Shown: piece after piece, positions 55,951 to 61,847 of the stretch | Layout: the number at the start of each line of letters is the position of its first letter | How positions within the stretch are numbered: position 1 is the first letter of the stretch | Program-made: the position numbers and the translations under genes | Notes under the pieces: model-generated | The model's input: the letters and a program-made list of their open reading frames with translations, nothing else | Database searches by the model: none | Told to the model about the DNA's origin: nothing | IMG/VR virus record: IMGVR_UViG_3300048587_000332 | Span: 1 to 61,847 of that record | Length of the DNA stretch: 61,847 nt | Reading direction: 5' to 3' (one strand) | DNA from: a virus | Lineage: Duplodnaviria > Caudoviricetes

Positions 55951-56310
55951 CTATCCGCCTTCGGCGGGGTCGTAGTATTCAACTCGAATGGTATCGCCTT
56001 CTGATAGTTCTTTATTGATACGGGCCTCGATCTCTTCGGGCGTCTCTACGAGGGGCTGCCCCATGCGGCGAGCACATTCCACCTTATGCCACTTCTTGAA
56101 CGCCTCGGAGTTGACCAGCCGCAGGAAAGCGTTACGTTCATTGGTCTTCTGGTCGCGTGAGTCGCGGGCTTCGCCGCGGGCACCCGAGGCTTCGTGGATA
56201 AACCGAACCCCGGACTCCACCTTGTTCTGGTTCTGCCCACCTTTGCCGCCCGAACGGAAGGTTTGGCGCACTAAATCCTTTTTGGTCACCGAGAAAAGCA
56301 AACGCTTCAT
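55951..56310 (-). CDS. Stand-alone GGQ peptide-chain-release-factor-like protein (RF-1 domain)
   Basis: FRSGGKGGQNQNKVESGVR...SRDQKTN...AF.RL. Confidence 0.9.
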   Translation of the reverse strand: MKRLLFSVTKKDLVRQTFRSGGKGGQNQNKVESGVRFIHEASGARGEARDSRDQKTNERNAFLRLVNSEAFKKWHKVECARRMGQPLVETPEEIEARINKELSEGDTIRVEYYDPAEGG

Positions 56311-56324
56311 ATTATCCTTTCACC

Positions 56325-56412
56325 TAAACGAAAAACGCCGGATGCGTACATCGCGGCGTCTCTCGTGAGGAGGGTCCACTACTAGTGTGCCACTTCGTGG
56401 TACGAATGTCAA
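56325..56412 (-). ncRNA. Promoter + hairpin small-RNA unit E8 (variant)
   Basis: TTGACA-17-CACACT-AGTAGTGGACCCTCCTC, hairpin ACGAGAGACGCCG-C-GATG(TACG)CATC-CGGCGTTTTTCGT. Confidence 0.55.
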
Positions 56413-56600
56413 GCTATTTCTTCGGCTTCGCCGAAGGAACTAACACGGCCAGGATAGGTAACGCGGCCATGGTACGTCGGGTCATTCGTCTACCTGGATT
56501 TCGCGGGGACGGGCTTGCCGATGTGTTCTGGTCCCCCTCCACCCGTCGTATTCTGCCATCGTGCCGTCCAGGTCCACACCGAGCCACCCGTTGAAGTCGC

Positions 56601-56843
56601 TCATCTCGCCCACTCCTCTCTGCCGCACTTGCGGCACTTGCGAACGTAAATTCGGTAGCTGCGCTCTCGGTTGTTCAACGCTGCCTCTTGGGGTGTAACC
56701 GATCTCGCCTCTGCGTACAGCATCGGCGCTGACCAGTCATGCTCCACGCCCACCTTGCCCTTGCACCAGCGGCGGGTATCTTTCTTGCCGGGGATGGGCT
56801 TCGGCGTTTCCGGTGCCGGGGTGTTTCGAAGATCTGACCTCAT
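56601..56843 (-). CDS. Small Cys/His protein
   Basis: WCKGKVGVEH...CRKCG. Confidence 0.55.
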   Translation of the reverse strand: MRSDLRNTPAPETPKPIPGKKDTRRWCKGKVGVEHDWSAPMLYAEARSVTPQEAALNNRERSYRIYVRKCRKCGREEWAR

Positions 56844-57074
56844 CCCCTGTCCTCATGAATGCACACAGGGTCAATGCGAGCCGTGCCTCGGGTGCGTAGG
56901 TTCGGGTCTTCATTATAAACGTCGTAGGTTAGATAGACCATAGAAGACCTCCTCGAAAAATGCCCCGATTCGTCGCTACCTTCGGGGCAACAGATATCTC
57001 ACATGGGAGCGGTTGTGCACAACCCCGACTATCGCCAACCTTGCAAGCGTTAAGCCGAGGCTATTGGCGAATCT

Positions 57075-57149
57075 TGGAGCCACCCGCAGGATTCGAACCC
57101 GCATCTGGTCGCTTACAAAGCGTCCGCTCTACCGTTGAGCTAGAGTGGC
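57075..57149 (-). tRNA. trnT: tRNA-Thr(TGT)
   Basis: GCCACTC/GGGTGGC acceptor stem, GCTC/GAGC D-arm, TTTGTAA loop, GGTTCGAATCC, encoded CCA; TTGACA-17-TATGCT promoter upstream. Confidence 0.92.
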
Positions 57150-57304
57150 GAAACTCTGTCGGGTACGTCGCCCCGCACTTTCAGCATAACGCGTCGAAGG
57201 CTCGCTGTCAATACCTTTCCACTATGGAACTATTGCGCCGAAGGCGCATGGTAGAATAATAGTAGGATTGCGCATCCTTATACTTCTAGCTAGGAGGCCA
57301 AACT

Positions 57305-57841
57305 ATGGCTAATAATGTGTTGCTTCTCTCTAACGCAGCCGCGCCTGGAACCGCGCTGCTTTTTCCTCTGGTAGTTGCCAAGCAGGGCAATGTTACGGCG
57401 GACTCTGCCGACAATCCAGCGGGAGTATTCCCTTTTGACGTGGAGATTGTCAAATTTGTCGGTGGAGTGCTCACCAATGGCGTTGATGGCACTGACCCAC
57501 TCTCTATGCAGTTCGATGTGAAAAAGAGGGCGGCTGCGGCTACCTCCGGTACCTCGGTCCTGACGACCAAGGCATCCATCGGAGGTCAGACTGGGGGTAC
57601 AGGCATTTCCGCGGCGGCAGGTACGGGTTATCGGCACACCAATGCAGATGCCACTGGCGTTGTAGCTGCTGTCCTAGACAGCACTAAAACGGTTGTGGCG
57701 GCGGGATCTATGATTTCTGTGGATTTCGATATTACTCGGACTACGCCGGAAACGGAAATTGTAGGGCCGTTCGCTATCGTGTGGGTGGCACCTCTGGGCG
57801 GGGCCGACACGCGTGCTAATGGCGATTTCGTGGGCCTTTAG
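57305..57841 (+). CDS. Stand-alone beta-rich (structural-like) protein
   Basis: Own promoter TGGTAGAAT at 57249, AGGAGG SD and own terminator. Confidence 0.75.
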   Translation: MANNVLLLSNAAAPGTALLFPLVVAKQGNVTADSADNPAGVFPFDVEIVKFVGGVLTNGVDGTDPLSMQFDVKKRAAAATSGTSVLTTKASIGGQTGGTGISAAAGTGYRHTNADATGVVAAVLDSTKTVVAAGSMISVDFDITRTTPETEIVGPFAIVWVAPLGGADTRANGDFVGL

Positions 57842-57863
57842 TGCCTTCGGCACTAACTAACTG

Positions 57864-57892
57864 AAAGGGGAGCCGGGAGGCTCCCCTTTTTT
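57864..57892 (+). terminator. Intrinsic terminator
   Basis: AAAGGGGAGCC-GGGA-GGCTCCCCTTTTTT. Confidence 0.85.
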
Positions 57893-57893
57893 A

Positions 57894-57971
57894 TGTTACA
57901 CTGGTTGTAGACCAACCACGCAGAGGGCGGGGCCAAGGCCGAGAGGCTTTGGTTCCGCCTTTTGTGCGTTT
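57894..57971 (+). ncRNA. Promoter + hairpin small-RNA unit E9
   Basis: TGTTACACT-GGTTGTAGACCAACC, hairpin GCAGAGGGCGGGGCCAAGGCC(GAGA)GGCTTTGGTTCCGCCTTTTGT; insulated by an upstream terminator; no co-directional gene follows. Confidence 0.7.
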
Positions 57972-58317
57972 AGAAGTGCGCTTTTAGCGCGTTGTAGATG
58001 TGCTCCGCTTGGCGGCGCGTGTAGTAGCGGCCGTCGAGGCGGAGGAAGGCCGCTTCGTCGGTTGCGAGGCAGTCGATGTCGAGGTCGGTTTTGTGGAGAA
58101 GGTCTTCGTAGAATGTCGGGAACTTTTCACGCTCCGTCATTTCGTTGGTGAAAGGGACCTTCATTTCGAGGAGGATCGCTTCGAGACCGTCATTGCCAAT
58201 GCAGTAGAGGTAGTTGTCAACGTAGATGGCGAAGTCGCGCCCCGGGTCGGCGTGGGCCGAGGAGACGAGCCGCCATCGGCGCGGCTCGTTCGGTAGTTCG
58301 GTTCGGGCGATTAGCAT
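57970..58317 (-). CDS. Hypothetical protein
   Basis: AAGGAGG SD before ATG 58317. Confidence 0.65.
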   Translation of the reverse strand: MLIARTELPNEPRRWRLVSSAHADPGRDFAIYVDNYLYCIGNDGLEAILLEMKVPFTNEMTEREKFPTFYEDLLHKTDLDIDCLATDEAAFLRLDGRYYTRRQAEHIYNALKAHF

Positions 58318-58345
58318 TTGCCTCCTTCGGAGCCGCGAAGCGGCG

Positions 58346-58612
58346 CTATTTGAAGTTAGATGGGTCGGCGAGGAAACCCTCAGCCCATTCTTTGGCTGCG
58401 TGGGCCGTCGAGAAGGGCAGTTCGGGGACTTTCGCGCCGGGAACAAAGACGAAGTAGTTGGGTCCGTCCTGGGCAATCTCGGCCAGGAAGTAGCCTTCGC
58501 AAAGGGTGTGCAACTCCCAGTTGGGGTTGTGTGCGAATTTGCCGGGGGCGTACCAGCGGCACGGTAGGGGCACGAGTGTTGTGCGAGGGCGTTCGATTGG
58601 TTTGCGAGCCAT
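58346..58612 (-). CDS. Hypothetical protein
   Basis: GGAGGT SD before ATG 58612. Confidence 0.6.
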   Translation of the reverse strand: MARKPIERPRTTLVPLPCRWYAPGKFAHNPNWELHTLCEGYFLAEIAQDGPNYFVFVPGAKVPELPFSTAHAAKEWAEGFLADPSNFK

Positions 58613-58728
58613 TGGACCTCCGCACTTAGGATAACACGGGCGCAGAGCGCTTGCAAGAAAAAGTAGTAGTTTTTCTTGCAATAAAGAGTTAAGATGGGAG
58701 TGGAGCCAAAGGCTCGGAAGGGAGGGTT

Positions 58729-59322
58729 ATGAGCTACTGCATTCAAATGGGTAGTGGGAAAGTCGTCGATCCGTTCGCGCTTCGCGAAGAGGATGTTGTG
58801 TTGAGCGATATTGTCAATAACTTGGCGCATGAGGTGCGCTTTGGCGGGAACGCGGGTGGGTGGACGGTCGCGCAGCATACGCTGGTGGTCGCGGAGTTGG
58901 TTCGGAAGTTTGGCACAGGCACGGACGAAGAGTACAAGAGTGCGTTGTTACATGACGCAGGCGAAGCCTATTTGAAGGATATGCCGAAGCCGATTAAGCA
59001 CAGACCGGACATGAGGGCATACCGGCAAGCGGAGGAACGCGCGATGCGTGTTATTTGTGAGAAGTTTGGAGTGCCGTGCGATTTGCCAATTGTTAAGGAG
59101 ATGGACAACGTGGCGACGTACCTGGAGGCGGAAATGTTTCTGGGGAAGTTGGCCGAGTGTTGGACACAATGGGAACCGGAGGTATCGAAGGACGTAGTTT
59201 GGTATGGAGTGGAGCAGATTATGACAGTCTGCCGGTTCCCGGAAAAGGCTACCAAATTTTGGGCACTGACTATGTCTGATTGTTTCCGAGCGCCGAAGGC
59301 GCAGCCGCAAGAGGGCGAATGA
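58729..59322 (+). CDS. HD-domain 5'-deoxynucleotidase (YfbR/YfdR-like)
   Basis: RFGG..WTVAQH...ALLHDAGEAYLKDMPKPIK. Confidence 0.85.
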   Translation: MSYCIQMGSGKVVDPFALREEDVVLSDIVNNLAHEVRFGGNAGGWTVAQHTLVVAELVRKFGTGTDEEYKSALLHDAGEAYLKDMPKPIKHRPDMRAYRQAEERAMRVICEKFGVPCDLPIVKEMDNVATYLEAEMFLGKLAECWTQWEPEVSKDVVWYGVEQIMTVCRFPEKATKFWALTMSDCFRAPKAQPQEGE

Positions 59323-59666
59323 AAGTTTGGGTCATTTTGGATCAGATCCCCTTTGAGGGTGAAACTTTCGGAGGGGTCTTTGCAACAAAGGAACTGGCGG
59401 AGACCGTGGCAAGAGAGTTGAAATATGATGAGAGCGTGGTGGTAGAAGTTCCAATTTTCTCGAAACGGGATGAGGTATATTGCTGGAGAGCCATCAAGAC
59501 CTGGGCAGGGAAAACCTTCGCCAGTGAGGTCAGTTGTGCTTTCGATGCGGAAAGGGCGGCGAAGTTGGAGTCCTCCTGCGCAGCGTATGGACGCACTCAG
59601 GAAGAGGCGCTGGCAAATTTGGAGAAACAACTAAAAAGCCGCGAAGCGGCAGAAGGGAGGCCGTAG
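59319..59666 (+). CDS. Hypothetical protein
   Basis: MKVWVI...GVFATKELAE; ATGA coupling. Confidence 0.65.
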   Translation: MKVWVILDQIPFEGETFGGVFATKELAETVARELKYDESVVVEVPIFSKRDEVYCWRAIKTWAGKTFASEVSCAFDAERAAKLESSCAAYGRTQEEALANLEKQLKSREAAEGRP

Positions 59667-60562
59667 GCCGCCGATCTCGCAGAGATCTGACTTAGGGGAT
59701 TCTTTTGAGGCGCAACTGGCTGAGGAGCTTGGACTTAGTGGAGAGCAGCGAGAGCGCCTGGGGCGGCGGTTAAAGGCAAGAAAAGAAATGAGTTAGGTAA
59801 AGGAGCCGAAGGCTCCGTAGGCCGCGAAGCGGCAGGAGAATAAAGGGCGAAGAGAAGTTTTGGTATTGATAGGAAATTCTCAAATAAAAATGGCCCTTTG
59901 GATGTAACTTTTTCGCGCAGCGAAAAGTCAAATAATTAGGAACCTTCTTGGTTTGGGCGAGAGACAGTGGGGGCGCAGCCCCCACCCCTTACCCCGCCCC
60001 AACCCCTCCCCGCAAAAAAGGGACCCCACCCCATACCCCGCCAAGGAACCTTCTTTCCCTTTATTTTCAATGACATACGGCCCGGCCCCAGGCCGCACCC
60101 CACCCCATACCCCTCCCCACATTAAATATATTTAATTCGGATACGTGTGTCCGAATATAGGGGGGCACGTATAGTGTAAGGCTTTACAGCGAAAGAGGCG
60201 AAAGTTTACATACTGCATGTTATCGGCGCTCCCATGCGCGAGAATTATAAGGTACTAGTACCAGCGAAATGGGCTGAAACCCCATAAATTACGTTAATGG
60301 ACCCATAAATCCGATTTACTACACTTGTAGTTTGGCATGCAACGTGCAGTGTATCAAATCTGCCACAATAGCTGACCCAGTGCAGTCAATATGATACAGT
60401 GTGGCTAATCGCGCAACCCATAAATAAAATCTATCGATATTTCGCCCTTTGTTCGGCTTGTAAGCCCTGCGCAAATGGCGTCTACTGGACTTGTCAGCGT
60501 TTTGCTGGCAACGGGCCGAAACGCCGCGAGGCGCCGGCGGAAGCCAAATAAGGAGAATGGAA

Positions 60563-60811
60563 ATGAGAATCGAATACGCAGAACAGCACGGCACGCGCTA
60601 TGAAGTGCGATTGATCGGCCAGGAGGCCCTAAACGGCAAGATCCAGCTTCACGCGGCACTCGCCAGCTTCGACGATGCTACCGAAGCAAAAGCGTTCGCC
60701 ACGGCGCACAGCGGGGACGGCTATTTCGGAACCGCCATCGTAGACATCGCAGCCCGAACCGTCGATCTTGGTGACCGCACGGAAGAACTGGGTGGCTTCA
60801 TTTTGGACTAG
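60563..60811 (+). CDS. Hypothetical protein
   Basis: AAGGAG SD. Confidence 0.6.
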   Translation: MRIEYAEQHGTRYEVRLIGQEALNGKIQLHAALASFDDATEAKAFATAHSGDGYFGTAIVDIAARTVDLGDRTEELGGFILD

Positions 60812-60905
60812 CTCAGCGCTCAGCTTTGTCCCGCCACTTGCGAGTGGCGGGAGGTGGCTTAGTGCCATGGAGCCCCTCGGTAAGGGGCAGAAAGTGAGAC
60901 TCGAT

Positions 60906-61364
60906 ATGTCTGACCAAATTATTGCTCAACTCAAAACCGCAGTAGACGCCCACAAGGGGGCTCTCGCGGAACTCCGTAATCGCATCGCAGCGCTACTGGA
61001 ACCGCTGCCCGTGGGTGTGAAGCTCAGCGACGATCAGGGGGAAATCCTGTGCGTCGTTCGCGTCTGCACTGGCGCAAGCCAGTGGGCTAACCGCACCTGG
61101 GACGTGACAATCAAGGGAGTCGGCTACATCCATGCCGGCAAGCTCGTGGCTGAAAATCTCGCTGATTGGTGTCACGATGGCAGCAACGGCCATAACCGCA
61201 GCACCGAACCGACATGCCTCTACGACGGGGATATCGGGGAGGCGTTGCGGTTTTTGTCTGGCGCGGATACTCGCGCGATTGCCGCACGGTTGCCTGAGGG
61301 CATCAAGCGCTACATGGCCAAATGTGAGGCAGAGACGACAGCAAACGAAGCTACGTTGAACTAA
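60906..61364 (+). CDS. Hypothetical protein
   Basis: 152 aa ORF. Confidence 0.65.
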   Translation: MSDQIIAQLKTAVDAHKGALAELRNRIAALLEPLPVGVKLSDDQGEILCVVRVCTGASQWANRTWDVTIKGVGYIHAGKLVAENLADWCHDGSNGHNRSTEPTCLYDGDIGEALRFLSGADTRAIAARLPEGIKRYMAKCEAETTANEATLN

Positions 61365-61433
61365 CCAGCCGTTCGGCTTTGTCCTGCCGTCACGGCGGCA
61401 GGAGATGGCCTAGCGCCAGAAAGAAAGGGAACA

Positions 61434-61847
61434 ATGAAAATCCTGCGAAAAGACGAAACAGTAATCGGCGACTATAAAAGTGTGTCCGCCGCGGTGCAAC
61501 AAGGCGTGGCCCTGCGTGAGGCCAACCTGCGTGGAGCTGACCTGCGTGAGGCCGACCTAAGCGGAGCCAACCTGAGCGAGGCCGACCTGAGTGAGGCCGA
61601 TCTGAGATGGGCCAACCTGAGCGAGGCCGACCTGAGTGAGGCCGATCTGAGATGGGCCAACCTGAGTTGGGCCAACCTAAGCGGGGCCGACCTGTGGGGG
61701 GCCACCCTAAGCGGGGCCACCCTGCGTGAGGCCAACCTGCGTGGGGCCAACCTGAGCGAGGCCGACCTGAGTGAGGCCAACCTGCGTGAGGCCAACCTGC
61801 GTGGAGCTGACCTGGGCTGGGTGCACTGGAACAATGCAGTACTAGCC
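61434..61847 (+). CDS. Pentapeptide-repeat protein, 5' part (runs through the junction to 447)
   Basis: AAGGGA SD; MKILRKD...[21 protein letters not shown]; 15-bp tandem DNA repeats. Confidence 0.9.
   Translation, partial: MKILRKDETVIGDYKSVSAAVQQGVALREANLRGADLREADLSGANLSEADLSEADLRWANLSEADLSEADLRWANLSWANLSGADLWGATLSGATLREANLRGANLSEADLSEANLREANLRGADLGWVHWNNAVLA

Noticed and set aside
55951-56310. Stop-codon reassignment implied by a release-factor-like gene
   Set aside because: Genes are intact in the standard code and end in TAA, TAG and TGA; the tRNA is not a suppressor
22705-57912. CRISPR array or solitary CRISPR repeats (GTTGTAGAC resembles some repeat ends)
   Set aside because: Copies are kilobases apart, identity stops after ~10 nt, most of the motif lies upstream of the predicted +1, and no cas genes are present; crRNA mimicry is not excluded but is unsupported
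21188-59322. Z-genome (diaminopurine) pathway
   Set aside because: No PurZ / adenylosuccinate-synthetase-like ORF visible
61632-61847. Biological direct terminal repeat
   Set aside because: It falls mid-gene in a tandem repeat, and the exact part is 127 bp, a common assembler k-mer; best explained as a circular-assembly overlap

Overview
The window looks like a complete, circularly assembled ~61.6 kb tailed dsDNA phage genome of podovirus type. Bases 1-216 repeat 61632-61847 with one mismatch, inside a pentapeptide-repeat gene. A plus-strand early/replication arm (~4.4-23.7 kb) encodes family A DNA polymerase, AAA_25 helicase, Sak4-like ATPase, a PD-(D/E)XK nuclease, three DNA methyltransferases, two HNH nucleases and nucleotide-processing enzymes. 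A minus-strand virion arm (~24-56 kb) encodes TerL, portal, scaffold, N4-gp56-type major capsid, adaptors, nozzle, three large ejection-type proteins, fibres and lysis genes. Accessory genes include an Acb2/Tad1-like sponge, JAB protease, ClpB-D2 AAA+, GGQ release-factor-like protein, HD hydrolase and tRNA-Thr. I saw no integrase, repressor, primase, RNA polymerase or reverse transcriptase. An Acidobacteria-like host is a tentative inference from recalled fibre motifs. The most striking unexplained signals are non-coding. First, nine dispersed intergenic units each consist of a sigma70-type promoter, a conserved start (GTTGTAGAC, 7 exact copies), a short C-rich leader and a sequence-divergent G-U-rich long hairpin, suggesting a multi-copy small-RNA or attenuator system. 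Second, more than 20 C(GNA)G triloop DNA mini-hairpins cluster in promoters and gene junctions. All family calls come from reading motifs by eye; no database searches were run.
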